Part shown: positions 1-10,241 of the stretch, in pieces | Position numbering within the stretch: the stretch's first letter is position 1 | Layout: each line of letters starts with the position of its first letter | NCBI GenBank assembly: GCA_023663805.1 | Contig: JAMPGR010000001.1 | Coordinates: forward strand, 156,255-220,254 | Direction of reading: 5' to 3' | Origin: Clostridium sp. | GTDB lineage: Bacteria; Bacteroidota; Bacteroidia; Bacteroidales; Muribaculaceae | Length of the DNA: 64,000 bases | Notes under the pieces: generated by a model | What the model saw: the letters and a program-made list of their open reading frames with translations, nothing else | Database searches by the model: none | What the model was told of the DNA's origin: nothing | Position numbers and translations under genes: made by a program

Positions 1-1
1 C

Positions 2-478
2 GACGTGATCGTCGAGATTAACGGCGTGACGATCCGCAACGGCGCCCAGATGCAGGAGCAGATTGCCAAATACCGCCCCGGCGACAAGATCTCCGTCGGC
101 TATGTCCGCGACGGGAAGCAGAAAAAGACTAACGTGACGCTCCTGAACAACCAGGGGAGCACGAAAATAACCGCCGCCGCGACCCTCGCCGACCTCGGCT
201 GCGCCTTCAAGAAACCCTCGGCCGAGACGCTCCAGCAGCTGAAAATCTCCTCGGGCCTGCAGGTGACCGGCCTGAAGGACGGAAAGTTCAAGGATGCCGG
301 AATCAAGGATGGTTTCATCATCCTCGACATCAACAACGCCCGTGTCGCGAGTGCCGACGATGTCGAAAATCTCTACAAGGAGATAATGAAGAGCGAAGAG
401 TATGACAAAGTCATGTTCATAACCGGCATCTACCCGACGGGCCGTAAGATGTACTACGCCGTCGACCTCGCCGAGTAA
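2..478 (+). CDS. HtrA/DegP-family serine protease, C-terminal PDZ region (5' end outside window)
   Basis: ORF is open from the window edge. DVIVEING...PGDKISVGYVRDGK and DGFIILDINN are PDZ-like segments typical of Do/DegP proteases. Confidence 0.75.
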   Translation, partial: DVIVEINGVTIRNGAQMQEQIAKYRPGDKISVGYVRDGKQKKTNVTLLNNQGSTKITAAATLADLGCAFKKPSAETLQQLKISSGLQVTGLKDGKFKDAGIKDGFIILDINNARVASADDVENLYKEIMKSEEYDKVMFITGIYPTGRKMYYAVDLAE

Positions 479-505
479 GGCGCCGGACTCATTCTCCCCT
501 CCCTC

Positions 506-559
506 CGACACCCTGCCGCAGACGCCCCCGCGGGCACTGCGGCAGGGTGTCGTTTTTTT
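506..559 (+). terminator. Intrinsic terminator after htrA
   Basis: 16-bp stem CGACACCCTGCCGCAG / CTGCGGCAGGGTGTCG followed by T7. Confidence 0.9.
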
Positions 560-566
560 GATTTTT

Positions 567-597
567 TTTGTGGTCTCGAAAAAAAGCACTACCTTTG
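567..597 (+). promoter_or_regulatory. Bacteroidetes sigma-A promoter for guaB
   Basis: TTTG (567-570), 19-nt spacer, TACCTTTG (590-597); matches the -33/-7 consensus TTTG-N19-21-TAnnTTTG. Confidence 0.8.
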
Positions 598-607
598 TGC
601 GCAATAA

Positions 608-2104
<1,497 letters not shown>

Positions 2105-2127
2105 CCCGCACCGACTGACAGATATTC

Positions 2128-2186
2128 CGCACACAGATATATAATAAAAGCCACGGCGCTTCGTTATATATCTGTGTGCGCCTTTT
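2128..2186 (+). terminator. Long-stem hairpin after guaB (terminator/attenuator)
   Basis: 17-bp perfect stem CGCACACAGATATATAA / TTATATATCTGTGTGCG, 19-nt loop, then CCTTTTT. Confidence 0.65.
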
Positions 2187-2262
2187 TAGTCACGCACACA
2201 CACGATTTCTATCATACGATTTAAAACCGAAAAATTATATCCAACATTTTTTCACCCCTCCG

Positions 2263-4200
2263 ATGAATAAAACCGTTATGGCCGGCGCCCTCTGCGCCCT
2301 GACAACCTTCGCGATCATGGCCAAAGGGAACTCCTCCGATCCCGTGCTGATGACAGTCAACGGAAAGCCCGTATCGCTCAGCGAGTTCGAATATCTCTAC
2401 CACAAGAACAACACCCAGCAGCTCCAGCCCCAGAGCCTCGACGAATATGTCGATATGTTCGTCACCTACAAACTGAAGGTCGCCGACGCCGAGGCCGCCG
2501 GAATCGACACAACCGCGAAGTTCATCGAGGAATTGAACGGATACCGCAACGACCTCGCCGCCCCCTATCTGAAAGACCAGGCCTACGAGGATTCGCTCGT
2601 CGCCGTCGCTTACAACCATATGCTGACGAATGTCGAAGTCAGCCATATCATGCTTAACCTGACCGACCAGAACGGCCAGCAGGCTCCCCAGATCGCACGG
2701 CTCGACAGCATCCGCCGCGCGATCCTCGACGGAGCAGACTTCGCCGATCTCGCACGCCGCTTCTCGACCGACCGCACCGCCGAACAGAACGGCGGCAACC
2801 TCGGATATATCGTCGGCGGCCAGTATCCCTACGAATTCGAGGATATGGCCTACCGTACACCCGAAGGGGAAATCTCCCCCGTCTTCCAGACCCGCTTCGG
2901 CCACCATATCATCCGCCGCGGCCCCGAGCGTAAGGCTCCCGGCGACGTCAATGTACGCCATATCCTGAAACTGACAAAAGGGCTGTCACCCGAAGAGGCC
3001 GCCGCAAAGAAGGTACAGATTGACTCGATCGCCCTCCTGCTGAAAAACGGCGCCGACTTCGCCCAGCTCGCCAAATCCGAGAGCGAAGACCGCGGCACGG
3101 CTGAAAAGGGTGGAGAACTCGGATGGTTCAGCGTCGGTCGAATGGTACCCGAATTCGAGAAGGTATCCTTCGAACTGGCTGACGGCCAGATCTCCGAACC
3201 GATCCAGACATCATACGGGTGGCACATCGTCCAGAAACTCGGCCACCGCGATGTCGAGCCTCTCGACGAAATGGCCCCGAAGATCCGCAAGGCCTTCGAC
3301 CGCGACGTCCGCTCCCAGTGGATCGCCAGCCATAACGCCAACCGCTTCCGCGTCCTCTATCCCGCGACCGTCGACGATGCCGCCCTCGCCGCCGCCAACG
3401 AGGTTATCACCCGCGCCGGAGGTCTCGACTCCGCCTCCTATGCCGCCCTCGCTGCAGACCGCTCGACAGCGTTCACCGTCGACGGCGTCCCGACGACCGT
3501 CGCCGCTGTCGCCGCTCTGCTCCGCGAACGCCCCTATGCCGGGGCTACCCACGCCAAAAATGCCTTCGCCCAGGCAGCCGACCGCGCCATAACCAACGCA
3601 GCGACCGACGCCGCCCGACGCCATCTGGCCGACACTAACGCCGACTACCGCAACCTCCTCGGCGAATATCGCGACGGTATCCTCCTGTTCGAAATCAGCA
3701 ACCGGAACGTCTGGGACCGCGCCTCGAAAGATACCGAAGGCCTCGCCCGCTATTTCGACGCGAACCGCGCGAACTATACCTGGCAGAAACCCCACTACAA
3801 AGGCTACGTCGTCCTGGCGACGACCGACTCGATCGCCGGCCTCGCCCGCGAATTCCTCGAATCGACCCCCGTCGACGCCGACTCGCTCGCCGTCGACCTG
3901 CGGAAACGTTTCGGAACGAACGTCCGTATCGAAAAGGTCGTGACAGCCAAGGGTGACAACGCGATTGTCGACTATGTCGCCTTCGACGGTCCCCGCCCCG
4001 TCGACCCGAAGACCCGTTCGCGCTGGAACGCCTGGTTCCCCTTCCGCGGCCGCGTTATCGAAGAGCCGGAGGAAGTGACCGACGTAAAGGGTGCGGTCTC
4101 GACCGACTACCAGCAGCAGCTCGAAAAGAGCTGGATTGAGTCGCTCCACCAGAAATATCCCGTCAAAATCAACAAAAAGACCCTTAAGAAGGTCAAATAG
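2263..4200 (+). CDS. Periplasmic parvulin-type peptidyl-prolyl isomerase (two rotamase domains)
   Basis: The probable start is the ATG at 2263 (MNKTV..., signal peptide). Two rotamase domains: SHIML...GGNLG...TRFGHHII and RHIL...GGELGWF...TSYGWHIV. Confidence 0.9.
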   Translation: MNKTVMAGALCALTTFAIMAKGNSSDPVLMTVNGKPVSLSEFEYLYHKNNTQQLQPQSLDEYVDMFVTYKLKVADAEAAGIDTTAKFIEELNGYRNDLAAPYLKDQAYEDSLVAVAYNHMLTNVEVSHIMLNLTDQNGQQAPQIARLDSIRRAILDGADFADLARRFSTDRTAEQNGGNLGYIVGGQYPYEFEDMAYRTPEGEISPVFQTRFGHHIIRRGPERKAPGDVNVRHILKLTKGLSPEEAAAKKVQIDSIALLLKNGADFAQLAKSESEDRGTAEKGGELGWFSVGRMVPEFEKVSFELADGQISEPIQTSYGWHIVQKLGHRDVEPLDEMAPKIRKAFDRDVRSQWIASHNANRFRVLYPATVDDAALAAANEVITRAGGLDSASYAALAADRSTAFTVDGVPTTVAAVAALLRERPYAGATHAKNAFAQAADRAITNAATDAARRHLADTNADYRNLLGEYRDGILLFEISNRNVWDRASKDTEGLARYFDANRANYTWQKPHYKGYVVLATTDSIAGLAREFLESTPVDADSLAVDLRKRFGTNVRIEKVVTAKGDNAIVDYVAFDGPRPVDPKTRSRWNAWFPFRGRVIEEPEEVTDVKGAVSTDYQQQLEKSWIESLHQKYPVKINKKTLKKVK

Positions 4201-4411
4201 ACGCGCGTTAACTCTTTTTTGGTAACAGAAAGACCAACGACTCCCCAAAATTTCGTAATTTTGCGGTCAGTCCAAGTGCCTTCGGCACCGAGCACCGGCC
4301 TTCGGCCGACGTTCTCTCTTGGCAGACTCGCTAAATTATGCTAATTTTGCGGGAGTAGTTCTGTATAAAGGTAGCCCGACCGATTTTTATATGTTCATCA
4401 CGATAACCCAA

Positions 4412-5770
4412 ATGAAACGCAAACTCATATTTATCTTCTCTCTTCTGGCGGCCTGCTCCGCCGCCATCGCCCAAAACAATATCGCCGAGGAGGTCGCCTG
4501 GGTCGTCGGCGACCAGCCGATATGGAAATCCGAAATCGAAGAGGCATACCGGAACATGATCTACGAACGGACGCCGATCAAGGGTGACCCATACTGTGTC
4601 ATCCCCGAGAACCTCGCCGTCGACAAACTGTTTCTGCATCAGGCCGACATCGACACCGTCGAAATCCAGGAGTCGATGGCGATGGCAGAGGTCGAGGCGC
4701 GTCTGAACTACTTCACCGCCCAACTCGGCTCGAAGGAAAAGATGGAGGAGTATTTCCACAAATCGACCCCCGAACTCCGCGAGTCGCTCCTCGAAATGGT
4801 CCGTAACTCGGAGCGCATCCGAACGGTCCAGCGCGACCTGACGAAAAATGTCAAGACAACCCCGAGCGACATCCGCCGCTACTACGACAGACTCCCCGCC
4901 GACAGTATCCCCTACGTCCCGATGCAGGTCGAAGTACAGATCATATCGGTCAACCCGCCGGTTCCGCGCGAAGAGGTCGAGGAGGTCAAGGCGCGCCTGC
5001 GCGACTTCGCCGACCGCGTCAGCCGCGGCGAGAGCGAGTTCTCGACCCTCGCAATCCTCTACTCCGAGGACACAGAGAGCGCCAAGCGGGGCGGCGAGAC
5101 CGGATTCCTCGGCAAGGCCCACCTCGACCCCGAATATGCCGCTGTCGCCTTCAACCTGAATGACCCGAAGAAGGTCTCGAAAATTGTCGAAAGCCAGTAT
5201 GGCTACCATATCATCCAGTTGATCGAGAAACGCGGCGACCGTATCAACACGCGCCATATCATGCTCCGCCCCCATATCTCCGACAACGACCTCGAACGCG
5301 CCCTCGTACAACTCGATTCGCTCCGGACCCAAATCGTCGACCGCCACGAAGTCACCTTCGAGGAGGCTGTTCCCTGGATCTCCCAGGACAAGGACACACG
5401 CCTCAACAGTGGCCGTATGGTCAACTCCGAGACCGGTACGACCCGCTTCGAGATGGCCGACCTGCCCCAGGAAATCGCCCGCGAGGTCGACAATCTCCAG
5501 ATCGGCGAAGTCTCCAAGCCCTTTATTATGCGCGACCCGAAGACAAACCGCGAGGTCGTTGTTCTGGCCAAACTGACAAACCGTATCGAGGGCCACAAGG
5601 CGAACCTGAGCGACGACTTCCAGCAGATCAAAGCGATGTGTGAGAACGCGATGCGCGAGAAGATTATCAAAGACTGGGTCGCAAAGAAAATCTCCGAGAC
5701 ATATGTCCGTATTGAACCCGGCTGGCGAGGATGTGACTTCGTCCACAGTGGCTGGATCAAAGAGAAATAA
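4412..5770 (+). CDS. surA: SurA-like peptidyl-prolyl isomerase/chaperone
   Basis: Start MKRKLIF with signal peptide; SurA-like N-domain (VAWVVGDQPIWKSEIE); rotamase F..LA..YSED..SA..GGE.GF and SQYGYHIIQL. Confidence 0.8.
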   Translation: MKRKLIFIFSLLAACSAAIAQNNIAEEVAWVVGDQPIWKSEIEEAYRNMIYERTPIKGDPYCVIPENLAVDKLFLHQADIDTVEIQESMAMAEVEARLNYFTAQLGSKEKMEEYFHKSTPELRESLLEMVRNSERIRTVQRDLTKNVKTTPSDIRRYYDRLPADSIPYVPMQVEVQIISVNPPVPREEVEEVKARLRDFADRVSRGESEFSTLAILYSEDTESAKRGGETGFLGKAHLDPEYAAVAFNLNDPKKVSKIVESQYGYHIIQLIEKRGDRINTRHIMLRPHISDNDLERALVQLDSLRTQIVDRHEVTFEEAVPWISQDKDTRLNSGRMVNSETGTTRFEMADLPQEIAREVDNLQIGEVSKPFIMRDPKTNREVVVLAKLTNRIEGHKANLSDDFQQIKAMCENAMREKIIKDWVAKKISETYVRIEPGWRGCDFVHSGWIKEK

Positions 5771-5791
5771 TCTGTCACAGACCGACTCTCG

Positions 5792-7486
5792 ATGAAGCCG
5801 TTGTTGTCGCTGGTTTCTGCCGGTCTGCTCGTTGCGGTGCCGATGATTATCGGCGCGGCCGAGCCCGATCCCGCCGACCAGAACAAAGTCTTCCTCCGGC
5901 ATGCCGACCGTCTTGTCCATACTCCCGGCTCGGTCGACGAGTTCGGCGAGTATCAGGTCCTTGTCGGAAACGTTGTGATGACAAAGGGGGGGATGACGAT
6001 GACATGCGACAGCGCCCATTTCTACGACCAGTCGAACTCGTTCGAGGCGTTCGGGAATGTCCGTATGGAGCAGGGTGACACCCTTTTCGTCTACGGCGAC
6101 CGTCTCTTCTACGACGGTCCTCAGGAACTCGCGACGCTCTCTGGCGATCTCGGCCGGAAGGTCAGGATGATTAATCGCGATGTGACGCTTCAGACCTATA
6201 TCTTCTACTACGACCTGGCCGACGAGGTCGGCTACTACGACAACTGGGGCGAACTGACTGACCCGACAAACCGCCTTGTTTCGATCGAGGGGGAATACAG
6301 CACGCGCGACAAAAACGCATGGTTCTACCACCAGGTCGAACTGACCGGGAACACAACTTCGGCGAACCCGACCCGCATGACGACCGACTCGCTGAACTAC
6401 AACACCGTCACCCACATCGCCGAGATCCTCGCCCCGACCGTGATCGTCAACGACGACGGAACGATTTATTCGACCTCCGGGACCTACAACACCGAGACCG
6501 GACAGGCTGACCTCTATGCCCGCTCGACCGTCCGCACCTTCCGTGGCAACACCCTGACGGGAGACACCCTCTTCTTCGACCGCTCGACCGGCGTCGGCGA
6601 GGCCTTCGGAAACATGATCCTGACCGACTCGGCCCGACAGGTGTCGCTCTTCGGCGACTACGGCTACTATAACGACCCGATCGACAGCGCTTTCGTAACG
6701 GGCCGCGCCCTCGCGAAGGAATACTCCCGCGGAGACACCCTCTACCTCCACGGCGACACGATCAACGCCTGGATGGAACTCGTTCAGACCGACTCGCTGA
6801 CGGTCGACACGATGCATGTCATGAATGCCTTCCACCGCGTCCGATTCTACCGCAGCGACATCCAGGGTCTCTGCGACTCGGTCAGCGTGACCGAGCGCGA
6901 TTCGCTCCTTCGAATGTACCGCCACCCGGTTATCTGGAGCGGCGAACGCCAGATCGCCGGCAACGTCATCTATCTTCATGTCAACGATTCGGTTCCCGAC
7001 TGGGCTCGTCTTCCCGAGTCGGGCCTGATGAGCGAGCATATCGCCGAAGACTGCTTCAACCAGTTGGGCGGCACCGATATGACCGCCTTCCTGAACGACT
7101 CGACGATCGAGCGGCTCTATGTCGAGGGTAACGTCCAGATGATACTCTTCCCGATGGAAAACGACTCGACCTACAACAAGTATATCTTCTTAGAGAGTAG
7201 CACGATGGATGCATACTTCGAGGACCAGCGCCCGAAGAAGATCAACTTCTGGCCCGAGACGACCTACGATGTAGTTCCCCTCTACCTGGCGAAACGGTCG
7301 GCCTACAAACTCGCCGATTTCCGCGACTACAGCGACCTGCGTCCGGTCAGTCCCGCCGATGTCTTCGTCGTCCCCCAGGGGATGACAGACCTGATGTCGT
7401 TGCCGGCCGACGACGACAAACCCCGCCGCAGCCGCGCCGCCACGACCCGCACCACGACCGGCGCCATCCGTCCCAAAGGAATCTGA
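5792..7486 (+). CDS. OstA/LptA-like extended beta-jellyroll protein
   Basis: Signal peptide; repeated CDSA/GDTL/GDRL beta-strand motifs (LVGNVVMT..GMTMTCDSA; FEAFGNVRMEQGDTL). Follows surA, as in other Bacteroidales. Confidence 0.8.
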   Translation: MKPLLSLVSAGLLVAVPMIIGAAEPDPADQNKVFLRHADRLVHTPGSVDEFGEYQVLVGNVVMTKGGMTMTCDSAHFYDQSNSFEAFGNVRMEQGDTLFVYGDRLFYDGPQELATLSGDLGRKVRMINRDVTLQTYIFYYDLADEVGYYDNWGELTDPTNRLVSIEGEYSTRDKNAWFYHQVELTGNTTSANPTRMTTDSLNYNTVTHIAEILAPTVIVNDDGTIYSTSGTYNTETGQADLYARSTVRTFRGNTLTGDTLFFDRSTGVGEAFGNMILTDSARQVSLFGDYGYYNDPIDSAFVTGRALAKEYSRGDTLYLHGDTINAWMELVQTDSLTVDTMHVMNAFHRVRFYRSDIQGLCDSVSVTERDSLLRMYRHPVIWSGERQIAGNVIYLHVNDSVPDWARLPESGLMSEHIAEDCFNQLGGTDMTAFLNDSTIERLYVEGNVQMILFPMENDSTYNKYIFLESSTMDAYFEDQRPKKINFWPETTYDVVPLYLAKRSAYKLADFRDYSDLRPVSPADVFVVPQGMTDLMSLPADDDKPRRSRAATTRTTTGAIRPKGI

Positions 7487-7602
7487 CTGCGGCCCGGTTA
7501 GCCTCACCTCTAGGGCAATGCTATTAAGTTAAGCATAGTCCATCATGAGGTGCCATCTGCATGACAGAATCGCAGGAATCACCGCGGTAGCGGTGTAATA
7601 AC

Positions 7603-7755
7603 GTAGACGGGGGCGAAAGCCCACGGACCGAATATTCCATGGATTCAGACCACGTTAGTGGTCGAATAAAATCCATTATTGTTGGTCATTATTCGACCGC
7701 TAACGCGGTCTATAATAATTAAATATACGACCGCGGGCTTTCGCCACGCGGCTAC
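7603..7755. repeat. REP/REPIN-like composite inverted repeat with GTAG ends
   Basis: Left arm GTAGACGGGGGCGAAAGCCCACGG...AGACCACGTTAGTGGTCGAATAA (7603-7669) is the imperfect reverse complement of the right arm TTATTCGACCGCTAACGCGGTCT...CCGCGGGCTTTCGCCACGCGGCTAC (7689-7755). Confidence 0.7.
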
Positions 7756-7870
7756 TTTCTTGACAACGCTCTGCGGTGTTGCCATTCAGTCACACAACTT
7801 AGGAAGTGGTCTCTGTCAAGCCAAGTATATCGCAAATATAGTTCGTTGTGGGACCAGAGGGTCGGGGGAC

Positions 7871-8701
7871 TCACTGGGCCGGAAGGTTTTGGAGATGGCG
7901 GAGGGTTTCGGGGCGGCCGGAGTTGATGCGGTTGGGGTAGTGGGCGTCGCTGTTGACGACGAAAGGGATGCCGGCGGCAGTCAGGCGGGGCATCCACCGC
8001 CGGAGGGGGAAGACACGGCCGTGCTCGGCGAGGGCTTTCGTGTTAATCTCGAACTTCTGGCGACGGTCGATCATCAGGTCGATCAGGTCGTCGACCAGAC
8101 AGACATACCAGGGCTCGTCTTCGATGCCGGGGCGGAACTGTGAGGCGTTGTAGCCGATTTTGTCGAAGTGGCCGAGGAGGTCGAGGCCGCCGAGTTCGAC
8201 CATACGGGTTGTCTGGCGGTAGAAGGTCTCGACGACGTGGCGGATGTCGTTTGCGAAATACTGTTCCATCTTTCGGCGGAAACTCTCGAAGCGGCCGTCG
8301 ATGTCGACGAAGCCGCTGTCGGAGGGGATGAAATGGACGGATCCGATCCGGTAGTCGAGTCCGATAGTGTCGAACCAGGGGGTTGCGGGCCCCCAGTCGT
8401 CGCCGAGGAAGTCGATCTCCATTCCGGCGTAGAGTTCGACGCGCCCGCGGTAGATATCCCGGAGCCGGCGGACTTCGGCCATATAGGCGGGGACGTCGTC
8501 GAACGACATGTTGCAGGGGGAATCGACGCCGGGGCAGAGAGGGGAGTGGGGGGTGAAGCCGTAGTGGAGGAATCCTTCGCGGCAGGCGGCTTCGGCGAAT
8601 TCCTCCATCGAGGCGCGTCCGTCGCAGAACTGTGTGTGGGAGTGGAAGTTATATCGGTCGGTAGTCCGGGCGATACTTTCGAAGTCGATAGGCTGGCTCA
8701 T
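7871..8701 (-). CDS. PHP-family phosphoesterase (histidinol-phosphatase HisJ/HisK family)
   Basis: NFHSHTQFCDG, HYGFTPHSP, GMEIDF, IGSVH, GHFDKI and NSDAH PHP motifs. Confidence 0.9.
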   Translation of the reverse strand: MSQPIDFESIARTTDRYNFHSHTQFCDGRASMEEFAEAACREGFLHYGFTPHSPLCPGVDSPCNMSFDDVPAYMAEVRRLRDIYRGRVELYAGMEIDFLGDDWGPATPWFDTIGLDYRIGSVHFIPSDSGFVDIDGRFESFRRKMEQYFANDIRHVVETFYRQTTRMVELGGLDLLGHFDKIGYNASQFRPGIEDEPWYVCLVDDLIDLMIDRRQKFEINTKALAEHGRVFPLRRWMPRLTAAGIPFVVNSDAHYPNRINSGRPETLRHLQNLPAQ

Positions 8702-8713
8702 ATTGTGCGGGAA

Positions 8714-10120
8714 TTAGCGCGTTTCGGCTTCGACGACGCGGTTGGCCGATTCCCTGACGCGGTCGCGGAGGGTGTCGAACTGGGCCTCGAGCGAGAGGAT
8801 TTCGTCGGCGACAGCGGTCTGTCCGCGGCCGTAGCTTTTCCTGAGGGCGGCGAGGCGCCGCTCGGCGGTTGTCAGTTGTGCGACATCGTTCTGCCACTGG
8901 GCGATCGCGCGGCGTCCGGCTTCGGTCTTCAACTGGCCGGTGGCGGTCAGGATGCCCCGTCCGGGGATGGCGAAATGGAACTCGGCGCGGTCGGCGGCGG
9001 CGTTCGGGTCGATCGCGGCGACGCGGCGGCGGAGGTCGGTGTAGTCCTTGCCGGGTTCCCAGGTGTCGCGGTAGGAGTCAATCCGGGCGCGCGAGGCGAG
9101 GCCGGGATAGTCGACGGGATAGTTGACGCGGAGTTCGCCGGGGATGAACTGATAGATTGTCAAGCGGTCGGGGGCGGCGTTTCGGTCGGTTGCCCACCAT
9201 CCGATTCCGGTTTCCTCGTCGATCGCGAGCATATAGTCGTTGGCAAATGAGTTATAGGGCATGCCGATGTTCTGGGGCTGGAGGAAGTCGTCGCCGTCGC
9301 GGCGGGAGATGAAGATGTCGTAGCCGCCGAGGGAGTTCTCGCCGGTGTTGGCGTAGTAGAGTGTCACGCCGTCGCTCATCAGGAAGGGGTAGTTCGCGTC
9401 GCCCCCTTCGTTCAGGATGTCGGAAAAGAGCACGGGGCGTTCCCACGAGCGGTCGGCGAGCATCGACGACGAGGCGATCCGGAAATTTTCGGCGCTGTCG
9501 GGCATCGCCCAGTAGATATTGTCGGCACGCTCGGAGGCGTAGACAACCGTCGGCTGGGCGGCCTCGAAGCCGCGGGGGAGCTGGTCGGGGGGAAGGAGTT
9601 TGCCCGAACTCGGGGCGAGGCGGTAGGCGCGGAAGAATTCCTCGCGGTCTACGTCGAGGCTGTCGATGATGACGATCTGTTCGACCCGCTCGAGCATTGT
9701 CCGTCCGCGGTCGACCTGCTGGCGGATCTCGGTTGCTTCGGGACGTTCGGGGATCGCGCCGCGCTTTCCTTTGCGGAATCCGGCTTCGTAGCGGTCGAGG
9801 AACTCCTCGGCGTCGTCGAAGCGGTAGTCGTGCATGGCGATCTGGGCGAGGTAGAGGTTCGATTCGTTCTGGCCGAGGCGCAGATAGCGGGCGGCTTCGG
9901 CCTCGCGGCCGAGGTGGAAGAGGGCGATGCCGGCCATCTGGTTGATCAGACCGTTTTTCGGTTCGGCGCTGGCGGCGTCAATCAGGGTGGGGAGGGCTTC
10001 CTCGAAGTCGCCGAGTTCGAACGATTCTTTTGCCTGGTCGAGGGTCTGGCCCTGAGTCTGGCCCGTAGCGCTGAGGGAGATCATCAACGCGACGGCCGCG
10101 ATATATAGTGCTTTAGTCAT
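8714..10120 (-). CDS. Secreted TPR + PD40/TolB-like propeller protein with C-terminal coiled coil
   Basis: Signal peptide; N-terminal TPR-like helices; YPFLMSDGVTLYYA...SLGGYDIFIS...NIGMPYNS propeller-type motifs. Confidence 0.65.
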   Translation of the reverse strand: MTKALYIAAVALMISLSATGQTQGQTLDQAKESFELGDFEEALPTLIDAASAEPKNGLINQMAGIALFHLGREAEAARYLRLGQNESNLYLAQIAMHDYRFDDAEEFLDRYEAGFRKGKRGAIPERPEATEIRQQVDRGRTMLERVEQIVIIDSLDVDREEFFRAYRLAPSSGKLLPPDQLPRGFEAAQPTVVYASERADNIYWAMPDSAENFRIASSSMLADRSWERPVLFSDILNEGGDANYPFLMSDGVTLYYANTGENSLGGYDIFISRRDGDDFLQPQNIGMPYNSFANDYMLAIDEETGIGWWATDRNAAPDRLTIYQFIPGELRVNYPVDYPGLASRARIDSYRDTWEPGKDYTDLRRRVAAIDPNAAADRAEFHFAIPGRGILTATGQLKTEAGRRAIAQWQNDVAQLTTAERRLAALRKSYGRGQTAVADEILSLEAQFDTLRDRVRESANRVVEAETR

Positions 10121-10241
10121 ATTGTGTCGCTATTTACGGACAAAGTTAATATAATTTCGCGAGTCATCCAAGAGAGCAGTCCGGCCGCAAGCCGGAAAAA
10201 GGCCACTTTTGGCAATTAATCGGTCCGGACGGAGTCGATGG

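Noticed and set aside
7603-7755. 6S RNA interpretation of the long hairpin with a central AT-rich bubble
   Set aside because: Each arm is itself made of self-complementary hairpins with terminal GTAG, there is no clear promoter/terminator pair, and the arm mismatches do not consistently favour G-U on one strand. Not fully excluded without an Infernal search.
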